Shown here in pieces: positions 52,372 to 61,882 of a stretch of DNA of 64,000 nt. The stretch is taken from assembly GCA_902516345.1 (NCBI GenBank), contig CABXYJ010000003.1, positions 16,280 through 80,279 of the forward strand, in the 5' to 3' direction. The DNA comes from an uncultured Pelagibacteraceae bacterium. Its GTDB lineage: Bacteria > Pseudomonadota > Alphaproteobacteria > Pelagibacterales > Pelagibacteraceae. Position 1 is the stretch's first letter. Every line of letters starts with the position of its first letter. A program made the translations under genes and the position numbers. Below the pieces are notes generated by a model, which was given only the letters and a program-made list of their open reading frames with translations, made no database searches and was not told the DNA's origin.

Positions 52372-54444
52372 ATGTTTAAAGTATATAAGAAGGAAATTGA
52401 AGTAGCGGGCAAGAAGATAAGTTTAGAAACAGGTAAAGTAGCGAGACAAGCAGACGGAGCAATTATAGCAACATCTGGAGAAACTGTTATTTTAGCAACA
52501 GTTGTAGGAGCAAAGAAAGTAAATCCAGATATGGATTATTTTCCTTTGTCAGTAAACTACCAAGAAAAATATTATGCTGGTGGAAAAATTCCAGGTGGAT
52601 ATTTTAAAAGAGAAGCGAGACCAACTGAAAGTGAAACATTAATTTCAAGATTAATTGATAGACCGATCAGACCATTGTTCCCAGATGAATTTAAAAATGA
52701 AGTTCAGTTGTTACCAACTGTAATTTCATATGATAAAGATAACCAACCTGACGTTTTAGCAATAACTGCTTCCTCAGCAGCCCTTGCTATTTCAGGAATG
52801 CCCTTTAAGGGACCAGTTGGTGCATCTCGAGTAGGTTTTGTTGATGGTAAATATATTCTTAACCCATCAAAAACTGAATTGGAAAACTCAAGTTTAGACT
52901 TAGTTGTAGCAGGTACCAAAGAAGCTGTACTAATGGTTGAGTCTGAAGCAAATGGCCTTACAGAGGAAGAAATGTTAAATGCAGTTAAATTTGGACACGA
53001 GGGCTTTGTGCCAGTAATCGAAATGATAGAAGAACTTGCTAAAGATTGTAGAAAGCCAGCTTGGACTGTAGAAAAAAAAGATTTATCAGAAGTTAAGAAA
53101 AAACTTGAAGCGACTTTTACAGATGATCTTAAAAAAGCATTCGCAACAAAAGATAAAAAAGATAGATCAAATCAAATTTCAGAAATTACGGATAAGGCTA
53201 AAAAACTTTATGAAGAGGATGAAAATTACACTGATCTCGATGTAAATAGTCAATTAAAAAGCTTGGAAAAATCAATTGTAAGAACCGATATTCTTAAAAA
53301 TAAAAAAAGAATTGATGGCAGAGGTCTATCTGATGTTAGAGCTATCTCATGTGAAGTTGGGATTTTACCAAGAACTCACGGCTCAGCATTATTTACTAGA
53401 GGTGAAACGCAAGCAATTGTTGTTACTACTTTAGGTACATCTGATGATGAGCAGCGACTGGAAAGTTTAGATGGGCAACAAAAAGAAAGATTTATGCTTC
53501 ACTACAATTTCCCTCCTTTTTCGGTGGGCGAAACTGGAAGAATTGGGACTGGAAGAAGAGAAATTGGTCATGGTAAATTGGCATGGAGAGCAATTAATTC
53601 CTCATTACCCTTAAGAGATAATTTCCCATACACTTTTAGAATAGTATCAGAGATAACTGAGTCTAATGGATCTTCTTCAATGGCTACAGTTTGTGGAGCT
53701 TCTTTAGCATTAATGGATGCTGGAGTTCCGATAAAAGAACCTGTTGCAGGTATTGCAATGGGTTTGATTAAGGAAGGCGATGATTTTAGTGTTTTATCAG
53801 ATATTTTAGGTGATGAAGACCATTTAGGTGATATGGATTTTAAAGTTGCCGGAACTAAAAATGGAATTACTTCACTTCAAATGGATATCAAAATTACAGG
53901 TATTACTTTTGAAATCATGGAGCAAGCTTTAAAGCAGGCTAAGGACGGCAGAATTCATATCTTAGGTGAAATGAATAAAGCATTGTCAGCTTCGAGAGAG
54001 GATGTTGGAAAACACACTCCAAAAATGGAACAAGTAAATGTTGATAAAAAAGATATTGCTGCTGTTATTGGAAAAGGTGGTGCAACAATTAGAGAAATTG
54101 TTGAAAAATCAGGTGCTAAAGTTGATGTAAATGATGAGGGAGTTGTGACAGTTGCTGCCTCTGACGAAGAGTCTAGAAACATTGCTTTGCAAATGATAAA
54201 GGACATTACTGCAAAAGCAGAGTTGAATAAAATTTATTCTGGTAAAGTTATGAAAATTATGGAATTTGGAGCATTTGTTAATTTTTTAGGAAAACAAGAT
54301 GGACTTGTTCATATTTCAGAACTTGCAGATAAAAGAGTGGCTAAAGTAACTGACGTTGTAAAAGAAGGAGATGAAGTAAAAGTAAAAGTAATTGGTTTTG
54401 ATAGAGGAAAAGTTAAATTATCTATCAAACAGGCTGTTGTTTGA
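52372..54444 (+). CDS. pnp: Polyribonucleotide nucleotidyltransferase (ATG 52372 preferred; in-frame ATG at 52327 also present)
   Basis: [52 protein letters not shown] and S1 domains. Confidence 0.98.
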   Translation: MFKVYKKEIEVAGKKISLETGKVARQADGAIIATSGETVILATVVGAKKVNPDMDYFPLSVNYQEKYYAGGKIPGGYFKREARPTESETLISRLIDRPIRPLFPDEFKNEVQLLPTVISYDKDNQPDVLAITASSAALAISGMPFKGPVGASRVGFVDGKYILNPSKTELENSSLDLVVAGTKEAVLMVESEANGLTEEEMLNAVKFGHEGFVPVIEMIEELAKDCRKPAWTVEKKDLSEVKKKLEATFTDDLKKAFATKDKKDRSNQISEITDKAKKLYEEDENYTDLDVNSQLKSLEKSIVRTDILKNKKRIDGRGLSDVRAISCEVGILPRTHGSALFTRGETQAIVVTTLGTSDDEQRLESLDGQQKERFMLHYNFPPFSVGETGRIGTGRREIGHGKLAWRAINSSLPLRDNFPYTFRIVSEITESNGSSSMATVCGASLALMDAGVPIKEPVAGIAMGLIKEGDDFSVLSDILGDEDHLGDMDFKVAGTKNGITSLQMDIKITGITFEIMEQALKQAKDGRIHILGEMNKALSASREDVGKHTPKMEQVNVDKKDIAAVIGKGGATIREIVEKSGAKVDVNDEGVVTVAASDEESRNIALQMIKDITAKAELNKIYSGKVMKIMEFGAFVNFLGKQDGLVHISELADKRVAKVTDVVKEGDEVKVKVIGFDRGKVKLSIKQAVV

Positions 54445-54491
54445 TTATAAATTATATTTAAGAATATTTTATATTATTCATCAAGTTAAGA

Positions 54492-55367
54492 GTGAAAAGA
54501 GAAACTTTAAACAATTTTAGTAAAAAAATATATTCACAATTTGGTGAAGATGGAATCTTATTAGAAATTCTTAATCGATTAAAAAATAAAAACTTAGATA
54601 GATGGTGTGTAGAATTTGGAGCAAAAGATGGGATTTCTTATTCAAACACATATAATTTAATAAAACATTACAATTATAACGCCGTATTAATAGAGGGAGA
54701 TAAAAAGTATTTTAAAAAACTTTCTAAAAATCTTCCTCAAAAAAAAATTGTTAAAATAAATAAATTTGTAAATTTTTCAGGTCATAACAATTTAGATGAG
54801 ATATTAGGATCAACTGTAATTCCAAAAAATTTTGATATTTTATCAATTGATATTGATGGTTGTGATTATTATATTTTTGAAAGTCTAACTAATTATAAAC
54901 CTAAAATAGTTTGTATTGAGTTTAACCATCTAATTCCAAATTCAGTTGAATTTGTTCAAAAAAAAGATTTTAAAATAAAACAAGGAAGTAGTGCAAAATC
55001 ATTAATAAAGCTAGCAGTAAAAAAAAATTATAAATTAGCGGGTAGCACTTTTTCAAACCTTTTTTTTATTGATAAAGATTATTTTAATTTAGTTTCAGAA
55101 AAGGAAGTATTATTAGAAGATCTAATTGATGATCATGAAATAAAGAACTTTATTTTCAGTAGCTATGATGGAACTTTACATACTACAAAACCAGTAAAAT
55201 TAGGTTGGCATAAAATTGAGTTAAAAAATGAAAAAATTCAAGTATTACCAAAATTTTTGAGACACTTTCCAGATGATTATAATTTTTTTCAAAAAATAAT
55301 TTTCCTTATTTTAAGAGAGTTTATTTATCCAGGAAGATTTTTAAGAAAAATTTTTAGAAAAAAATAA
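54492..55367 (+). CDS. FkbM-like (Methyltransf_21) SAM-dependent methyltransferase
   Basis: YSQFGEDGI, CVEFGAKDG..SNT, LIEGD, LSIDIDGCDY. Confidence 0.8.
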   Translation: MKRETLNNFSKKIYSQFGEDGILLEILNRLKNKNLDRWCVEFGAKDGISYSNTYNLIKHYNYNAVLIEGDKKYFKKLSKNLPQKKIVKINKFVNFSGHNNLDEILGSTVIPKNFDILSIDIDGCDYYIFESLTNYKPKIVCIEFNHLIPNSVEFVQKKDFKIKQGSSAKSLIKLAVKKNYKLAGSTFSNLFFIDKDYFNLVSEKEVLLEDLIDDHEIKNFIFSSYDGTLHTTKPVKLGWHKIELKNEKIQVLPKFLRHFPDDYNFFQKIIFLILREFIYPGRFLRKIFRKK

Positions 55368-55370
55368 TTG

Positions 55371-56159
55371 CTATGACTTTATATTTTTGGGATCAGGCAT
55401 TCCAACTTTATTATACCCAGCGTCGACATAGTGAATTTCTCCTGTAACACCATCAGCTAAGTTACTGAGCAAATATAACGCTGAATTTCCAACATCATGA
55501 ATATCAACATTTCTTTTTAAAAATGAGTGATCTTCATTCCACTTGTACAAGAATTTTGCATCTCCAATAGCAGATGCTGCTAATGTTTTAATTGGTCCAG
55601 CACTGATGGCATTAACTCTGATATTTTTTGAACCTAAATCTCTTGCAAGATATTTTACGCTTGCCTCCAAAGCGGACTTACAAACACCCATTACATTATA
55701 GTTTGGAATGGCTTTCGTTGACTCATAGGTTAAGGTGAGTAAACTTCCACCTTGTTTAATCATTTTTGAAGCTTCATTTGCAACTTCTGTAAATGAAAAA
55801 CATGAAATTAACATACTACGCAAAAAATTTTCTCTAGTTGTGTTTAAATACTCTCCAGATAATTCAGATTTATCTGAAAAGGCAACAGCATGAACTACAA
55901 AATCAATTTCACCCCATTTAGATTTTATATTTTGAAATAACTTAATTATTTCCTCTTTTTTTTCGACATCACAACTAAAAATCAAATTAGAATTTAATTT
56001 TTCTGCTAAAGGAACTACTCTCTTTTTTAAAGCCTCACCCAAATATGTGAAAGCTAATTCAGCTCCTGCTTCAGAAAGTTTTTTAGAAATGCCCCAAGCA
56101 ATAGATCTTTCATTTGCAACACCCATTATTAATCCTTTTTTACCTCTCATTAAACTCAT
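55371..56159 (-). CDS. fabI: Enoyl-ACP reductase
   Basis: GVANERSIAWG, YNVMGVCKSALE, RVNAISAGPIKTLA. Confidence 0.96.
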   Translation of the reverse strand: MSLMRGKKGLIMGVANERSIAWGISKKLSEAGAELAFTYLGEALKKRVVPLAEKLNSNLIFSCDVEKKEEIIKLFQNIKSKWGEIDFVVHAVAFSDKSELSGEYLNTTRENFLRSMLISCFSFTEVANEASKMIKQGGSLLTLTYESTKAIPNYNVMGVCKSALEASVKYLARDLGSKNIRVNAISAGPIKTLAASAIGDAKFLYKWNEDHSFLKRNVDIHDVGNSALYLLSNLADGVTGEIHYVDAGYNKVGMPDPKNIKS

Positions 56160-56161
56160 AG

Positions 56162-57373
56162 CTATACTTTCTCAAAAACTAGTGTCGCATTTGTCCCACC
56201 AAAACCAAAACTATTTGACATAACTGCATTTAAGGAAATGCCTTTCTTAGTTTTAGAGATTATTGGAAATTTTTTAGCATTATCATCAATTTCAGTTATA
56301 TTTGCTGAACCAGTTATGAAATCATTTTTCATCATTATTAAACAATAAATTGCTTCGTGAACTGAAGCTGCGCCTAGAGGATGACCTGATAAAGATTTAG
56401 TAGAACTTATTTTTGGAATTTCATTCTCAAATGTTTCCTTTATAGCATTGAGTTCTGTTATATCTCCTACTGGCGTTGAAGTACCGTGAGTATTTATATA
56501 GTCAATTCTATTTTTTGAAGTTGACATTGCTATTTTCATACACCTGGCTGCACCTTCTCCAGAGGGCGCTACCATGTCATATCCATCAGAAGTGGCTCCA
56601 TAACCTGTTAATTCGGAGTAGATTTTTGCACCTCTGGCTTTTGCATGTTCATACTCTTCAAGAACTAATACTCCAGCTCCTCCAGCAATTACAAATCCAT
56701 CTCTAGTTTTATCATAAGCTCTCGAAGCTGTTTCAGGTTTATCATTATATTTTGAAGAAAGTGCTGTCATTGCATCGAACATTGCAGTCATCGCCCAATG
56801 AATTTCTTCACTACCACCCGCAAAAACTATATCTTGTTTTCCCATTTGAATTAATTCCATTGAATTTCCAATGCAGTGACCACTTGTAGCGCAAGCAGAA
56901 CTCATCGTATAGTTAGTACCCTTAATTTTAAATGGAACTGCAAGTGTTGCTGAAGCGGTGCTTGCCATTGTTCTTGGAACAATAAAAGGTCCCATTAGTT
57001 TAGGGGTTTTAGCCCTAGTTTTATCTGCAGCTAAAATTACATTTTCAATAGAAGGACCACCAGAGCCCATAACTATACCAGTTTTAAAATTGCTAATATC
57101 TTTTTCTTCTAACCCTGAGTCCGCAATAGCCTCTTTCATTGCGATATAGTTATACGCAGAACCAGATCCCATAAATCTTATTATTTTTCTGTCAATATGA
57201 TCCTCAAGTTTAATCTTAGGCTTTCCATGTATATGGCTTTTTAAATTATGTTCCTTATATTCCTCACTAAATGATATTCCTGATTTTGAATTAAGAAGAG
57301 ATTGATAAACCTCTTCCTGATTATTACCTAAACAAGACACAATACCCAATCCTGTAATTACTACTCTTCTCAT
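56162..57373 (-). CDS. fabB: 3-oxoacyl-ACP synthase I
   Basis: [29 protein letters not shown]; fabA-fabB-fabI operon. Confidence 0.95.
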   Translation of the reverse strand: MRRVVITGLGIVSCLGNNQEEVYQSLLNSKSGISFSEEYKEHNLKSHIHGKPKIKLEDHIDRKIIRFMGSGSAYNYIAMKEAIADSGLEEKDISNFKTGIVMGSGGPSIENVILAADKTRAKTPKLMGPFIVPRTMASTASATLAVPFKIKGTNYTMSSACATSGHCIGNSMELIQMGKQDIVFAGGSEEIHWAMTAMFDAMTALSSKYNDKPETASRAYDKTRDGFVIAGGAGVLVLEEYEHAKARGAKIYSELTGYGATSDGYDMVAPSGEGAARCMKIAMSTSKNRIDYINTHGTSTPVGDITELNAIKETFENEIPKISSTKSLSGHPLGAASVHEAIYCLIMMKNDFITGSANITEIDDNAKKFPIISKTKKGISLNAVMSNSFGFGGTNATLVFEKV

Positions 57374-57873
57374 TATTTAAATAATCCTACTTTCAAATTA
57401 TCAGCCGAATAAATTTTTTTTTCATCTGCTAAAACTAATCCATTAGCAAGGCCTACAGTGGTACCTCCAGGAGCCATAATTTTTTTCATATCAATTTGAT
57501 ACTTTACTAGTTTTACATTTTTTAAAACTTCTCCAGTGAATTTTACTGTTCCAACTCCTAAAGCTCTGCCTTTACCTGGGTTTCCGATCCATCCTAAAAA
57601 AAAACCTACCAATTGCCACATAGCATCTAAACCAAGGCACCCTGGCATCACGGGGTCTTCTTGAAAGTGACAGTCAAAAAACCACAAATCTTTTTTTATG
57701 TCTAACTCAGCTCTTAAAGACCCTTTTTTAAAAGTGCCTTTATTATCATTAATATCTGTAATTCTATCAAACATTAACATTGGTGGAAGTGGTAATTTAG
57801 CATTTCCGGGGCCAAATAATTTGCCTTTACCACAATTAATAAGCTCATCATATGAGTATGAGTTTTTTTTCAT
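57373..57873 (-). CDS. fabA: 3-hydroxyacyl-ACP dehydratase/isomerase FabA
   Basis: [32 protein letters not shown]. Confidence 0.97.
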   Translation of the reverse strand: MKKNSYSYDELINCGKGKLFGPGNAKLPLPPMLMFDRITDINDNKGTFKKGSLRAELDIKKDLWFFDCHFQEDPVMPGCLGLDAMWQLVGFFLGWIGNPGKGRALGVGTVKFTGEVLKNVKLVKYQIDMKKIMAPGGTTVGLANGLVLADEKKIYSADNLKVGLFK

Positions 57874-57932
57874 AAAAGTTGAGTACTCTTATTTACTTGA
57901 TTTTGCCATCATATAATATATTTATAATAAAG

Positions 57933-57949
57933 TTTAGAATAATTATAAT
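57933..57949. promoter_or_regulatory. Iron control element (ICE, Irr box) upstream of irr
   Basis: TTTAGAA-TAA-TTATAAT versus ICE consensus TTTAGAA-N3-TTCTAAA. Confidence 0.6.
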
Positions 57950-57967
57950 TAACAAATAAGTATAATA

Positions 57968-58366
57968 GTGAAATATACTGAAAAATTAAGAAATTCTGGT
58001 TTACGACCAACAAAACAAAGACTTCAAATATGTGAAGTTTTGTTTGAAACTGAAAAAACGTTTCATTTTACTATAAATGAATTAAGTTTAAAAATTAAAA
58101 AACAAATAGATAATAAAATATCATTAGCAACAATCTATAATACTGTTCATGCATTTGAAAAAAAAGGATATTTAAAACAAATTCCTATCAATTCTAATGA
58201 AACATATTTTGATACCAATGTTTCTGATCACCATCATTTTTATGATTTAAAAAAAGAAAAATTAATTGATTTAGAAAATGCAGATGTAGGGCCTATTGAT
58301 ATTAAGAGAAAAATTGATGGAAAAAAAATTAAATCTGTTGAGATTTTAGTTAAGCTGGAGGACTAA
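57968..58366 (+). CDS. irr: Iron response regulator Irr (Fur family)
   Basis: GLRPTKQR, SLATIYNT, YFDTNVSDHHHF; divergent from fabA as in other alphaproteobacteria. Confidence 0.9.
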   Translation: MKYTEKLRNSGLRPTKQRLQICEVLFETEKTFHFTINELSLKIKKQIDNKISLATIYNTVHAFEKKGYLKQIPINSNETYFDTNVSDHHHFYDLKKEKLIDLENADVGPIDIKRKIDGKKIKSVEILVKLED

Positions 58367-58399
58367 TCAATTGATCAATTCAGCGTCATTTTTAACCAT

Positions 58400-58428
58400 T
58401 TGACACTTTTTTAGAATCATTATAAACT
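58400..58428 (+). promoter_or_regulatory. katG sigma70 promoter with an Irr ICE box (58410-58426) covering the spacer and part of the -10
   Basis: TTGACA-N17-TAAACT; TTTAGAA-TCA-TTATAAA has one mismatch to the ICE consensus. Confidence 0.8.
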
Positions 58429-58463
58429 ACTTAAAAGCCAATATAATTATTTATGGGGAACAA

Positions 58464-60701
58464 ATGAGTACTGAAAATTTAAAAAATAAATCTTTCAAAG
58501 TTAATCAATTAGGCAAATGTCCTTTTACAGGAGCTGGAACACCTGCAAAATTCTCTGCAGGCAGAGGCCAATCAGTTAGAGACTTTTGGCCAAATAGTTT
58601 AAATCTTAAAATACTTAGTCAACATTCTAATTTATCAAATCCGATGGATAAAAAATTTAACTACGCTAAAGAATTTAAAAAACTTAACTATAAAGCTCTA
58701 AAAAAAGATTTAAAAAAATTGATGACAGACTCTCAGGAATGGTGGCCAGCAGATTACGGTCATTATGGACCTCTGTTTATTAGATTAGCTTGGCACGCAG
58801 CAGGAACATATAGAACTGGTGATGGAAGAGGTGGAGCTGGAACTGGAAATCAACGATTTGCACCACTTAATTCTTGGCCGGATAATGTTAATTTGGATAA
58901 GGCTAGGTTACTTCTTTGGCCAATAAAAAGGAAGTATGGAAAAAAAATTTCTTGGGCAGATTTATTTATCTTAGTAGGCAATGTTGCATTGGACTCTATG
59001 GGTTTCAAAACATTCGGCTTCGGTGGCGGACGAACAGATATTTGGGAACCAGAAGATGATATTTACTGGGGATCAGAAAAAGAAATGCTAGGTGTAGAAA
59101 GATACACCAAAAACAGAGATTTAGAACAACCTCTTGGTGCTTCGCATATGGGTTTAATTTATGTAAATCCACAAGGCCCTGATGCTAATCCAGATCCAAA
59201 ACTTGCGGCACACGATATTCGAGAAACATTTGGTAGAATGGCAATGAACGATTACGAAACAGCAGCGTTAGTGGCTGGTGGACATACATTTGGAAAATCA
59301 CATGGAGCAGCACCTGAGTCTCATAAAGGTCCTGACCCTGAAGCTTCCAGAATTCAAGATCAATCAACTGGATGGAATAGTGGATACAAATCTGGAAAAG
59401 GTGTTGATACAATCAGTAGCGGTATAGAAGGTGCTTGGACACAGAACCCAATTCAATGGGATATGGGTTATTTAGACTGTCTATATGATCATGAATGGGA
59501 ACTTACAAAAAGTCCTGCCGGTGCTCATCAATGGACGCCAAAGAAAAATGGACAAAAAATAAAAATGGTTCCTGATGCACATGATAAAAATGCGCTTCAT
59601 CCTCCAATGATGCAAACAACAGATATTTCAATGAAAGTCGATCCAAGTTATGGACCTATTACAAAGCATTTTCATAAAAATCCAAAAGAATTTCATGATG
59701 CATTTGCAAGGGCTTGGTTTAAATTGACACATAGAGATATGGGGCCAAGGATTTGTTATCTTGGAAGTGATGTTCCAAGAGAGCAATTAATTTGGCAAGA
59801 TCCAATTGATAAGTCAAAATATAAATTAAAATCTAAAGATATTAAATTTTTAAAATCAAAAATATCAAAATCAAAAATTTCAATTTCTGAACTAGTATCT
59901 ACTGCTTGGGCTTCAGCTTCAACGTTTAGAGGCTCAGATAAAAGAGGTGGGGCTAACGGGGCAAGAATAATGTTAGAGCCTCAGAAGAGTTGGAAAGTAA
60001 ATAATCCAACTAAGCTTGCAAAAATTATCTCAATATTAAAGAAAATTAAAAAAAAATTTGATAGTAAAAAGAAAACTGTTTCTATGGCGGATTTGATTGT
60101 TTTAGCTGGAGGTGTAGGAGTTGAAATGGCTGCCAAAAAAGCTGGTTATAAAGTAGAAGTTCCTTTCTCGCCAGGAAGAGGTGATGCGAGACAAGATCAG
60201 ACGGATATAAATTCATTTGGATTATTAGAACCCCAAGCAGATGGTTTTAGAAACTATCTAAATGGTGATAAATCAATTGTATCCGCTGAGGAAAAGCTAA
60301 TTGATAAAGCTCAATTAATGGGCCTGACGGCTCCAGAAATGACAGTTTTAATTGGTGGGATGCGTGTATTAGATACAAACTTCGATAACTCTAAACATGG
60401 GGTTTTCACTAAAAAACCAGGTGTACTTACAAATGATTATTTTACTAATTTGTTAGATATGAATACAACATGGAAAGAGACAGATAAATCTGAGCAAACA
60501 TTTGTTGGAGTTGATCGAAAAACGAAAAAAACTAAGTGGGAAGGCACAAGAGTTGATCTTATTTTTGGTTCGAATTCACAACTGAGAGCTTTAGCTGAAG
60601 TTTATGCATGTAGAGATTCTATGGAAAAATTTATCAATGATTTTGTTGCAGCATGGTCAAAAGTTATGAATGCAGATAGATTTGATTTAAGGTTAAACTA
60701 A
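58464..60701 (+). CDS. katG: Catalase-peroxidase
   Basis: [51 protein letters not shown]. Confidence 0.98.
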   Translation: MSTENLKNKSFKVNQLGKCPFTGAGTPAKFSAGRGQSVRDFWPNSLNLKILSQHSNLSNPMDKKFNYAKEFKKLNYKALKKDLKKLMTDSQEWWPADYGHYGPLFIRLAWHAAGTYRTGDGRGGAGTGNQRFAPLNSWPDNVNLDKARLLLWPIKRKYGKKISWADLFILVGNVALDSMGFKTFGFGGGRTDIWEPEDDIYWGSEKEMLGVERYTKNRDLEQPLGASHMGLIYVNPQGPDANPDPKLAAHDIRETFGRMAMNDYETAALVAGGHTFGKSHGAAPESHKGPDPEASRIQDQSTGWNSGYKSGKGVDTISSGIEGAWTQNPIQWDMGYLDCLYDHEWELTKSPAGAHQWTPKKNGQKIKMVPDAHDKNALHPPMMQTTDISMKVDPSYGPITKHFHKNPKEFHDAFARAWFKLTHRDMGPRICYLGSDVPREQLIWQDPIDKSKYKLKSKDIKFLKSKISKSKISISELVSTAWASASTFRGSDKRGGANGARIMLEPQKSWKVNNPTKLAKIISILKKIKKKFDSKKKTVSMADLIVLAGGVGVEMAAKKAGYKVEVPFSPGRGDARQDQTDINSFGLLEPQADGFRNYLNGDKSIVSAEEKLIDKAQLMGLTAPEMTVLIGGMRVLDTNFDNSKHGVFTKKPGVLTNDYFTNLLDMNTTWKETDKSEQTFVGVDRKTKKTKWEGTRVDLIFGSNSQLRALAEVYACRDSMEKFINDFVAAWSKVMNADRFDLRLN

Positions 60702-60723
60702 AAGGTAAAAATCAATCAAACAT

Positions 60724-61320
60724 ATGAACACAACTAATTTTAAAGATTTTTATGAAGTGCCAAATCTCAATTTTGATATTTCAAGACTTAGATCAGATTT
60801 AGAAAAAGTTTTAAAAGATAAAAGCTTTAATTCACCAGGAGTTACCCATTTTGGAGCAATACCGATAAATCAAATTCCTGGTGATGAAAATTCTATTAAA
60901 GGAAATAATATAAGAGGCAAATATTGGACTATTGCGGATGATACTGGCAAGGAAGTTTCAAGAGATGTTGATATAGATGAATCTAAATATACCCAATTAG
61001 TTCCAGAATTTGAAAAGACTTATTTTAAAGAAGTGTTTGAGACTTTGAGCAAAAGATATAAATTAGGCAGAGTTAGACTTTTATTAAAAGAGCCAAGATC
61101 AACTTTAAGCTGGCACAAAGATCCAGAGTGTAGACTGCATGTGCCAATAATAACTAACAAAGGTTGTTCAATGGTCATAGAAAATGTTGCTAAACATTTA
61201 CCTGCAGATGGAAAAGTATGGATAACTAATAACACCAAATACCACAATTTTTTTAACGGCGGAGAACAGGCCCGAGTTCATTTGGTCGCGTGTGTGTTGG
61301 AGAGCCCTTTCAGAGATTAA
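60724..61320 (+). CDS. Aspartyl/asparaginyl beta-hydroxylase-like Fe(II)/2-oxoglutarate dioxygenase
   Basis: RVRL, WHKD (HxD), RLHVPIITN, distal H (KYHNF), R.HL. Confidence 0.8.
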   Translation: MNTTNFKDFYEVPNLNFDISRLRSDLEKVLKDKSFNSPGVTHFGAIPINQIPGDENSIKGNNIRGKYWTIADDTGKEVSRDVDIDESKYTQLVPEFEKTYFKEVFETLSKRYKLGRVRLLLKEPRSTLSWHKDPECRLHVPIITNKGCSMVIENVAKHLPADGKVWITNNTKYHNFFNGGEQARVHLVACVLESPFRD

Positions 61321-61321
61321 C

Positions 61322-61561
61322 ATGGAATTAACTAGTGGCATATTTAAAGCAGCTGAAAATGTCTACAAGAATAATCGGGGTTCAATATTAAGAACAATTA
61401 TTTACACCATTGGACATTTTATGATTGCTATAACTGTTTTAATGTTAGTAGCAGATGTATCTTTCATGATAGCATTAACAGATGCAATCGTGGAACCAAT
61501 TGCTAATTCGATTTGGTATTTTATATTAGATAAGTGGTGGGCAAGTAAGTCCGCAAAATAA
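61322..61561 (+). CDS. DUF2061-like small membrane protein (start at ATG 61322)
   Basis: RTIIYTIGH..IA, IVEP...IWYF.LDKWW pattern with two hydrophobic segments. Confidence 0.7.
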   Translation: MELTSGIFKAAENVYKNNRGSILRTIIYTIGHFMIAITVLMLVADVSFMIALTDAIVEPIANSIWYFILDKWWASKSAK

Positions 61562-61590
61562 ATAAAAATATTAATAAGAAAAATATTAGT

Positions 61591-61639
61591 AATAATAATT
61601 ATTCGCAAACAAAATGTGCTAATGATAATTGTTCTCACT
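61591..61639. promoter_or_regulatory. Two tandem Fur-box-like operators, 30 bp apart
   Basis: AATAATAAT-T-ATTCGCAAA (61591-61609) and AATGATAAT-T-GTTCTCACT (61621-61639) versus 9-1-9 AATGAKAAT-n-ATTMTCATT. Confidence 0.65.
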
Positions 61640-61681
61640 AAATTTTCTTGAATGTTTTCTTTTTGTAATTATTCTTAAATA

Positions 61682-61861
61682 ATGCAAATTGAAAATTATA
61701 ATTGTAAGAAATGTGGTTTAACAATCTCATCAACTTGTTCAAAATGTAGTAAAGTTGTAGATGTTGAGATACTTGATGATGGTTGCATTGTACAGAAAAC
61801 AAAATGTGTTGATTGCGCAAACACACCTGTAATCAAAGATGTTTGTGCTCAACAAAAATAA
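61682..61861 (+). CDS. Cys-rich small protein, 59 aa (MQIENYNCKKCGLTISSTCSKCSKVVDVEILDDGCIVQKTKCVDCANTPVIKDVCAQQK)
   Basis: Not in ORF track (below its length cutoff). 8 Cys including three CxxC; preceded by TTGAAT-N16-TATTCT-N6-ATG; fills the gap before the convergent SH3 gene. Confidence 0.75.
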   Translation: MQIENYNCKKCGLTISSTCSKCSKVVDVEILDDGCIVQKTKCVDCANTPVIKDVCAQQK

Positions 61862-61882
61862 TTAACTATTTTTGTCATTCTT

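Noticed and set aside
61402-61638. 78-aa minus-strand ORF MRTIII..LRIIII
   Set aside because: The apparent peptide is just the translation of the two Fur-like boxes plus the antisense of the DUF2061 gene; the region is treated as regulatory DNA
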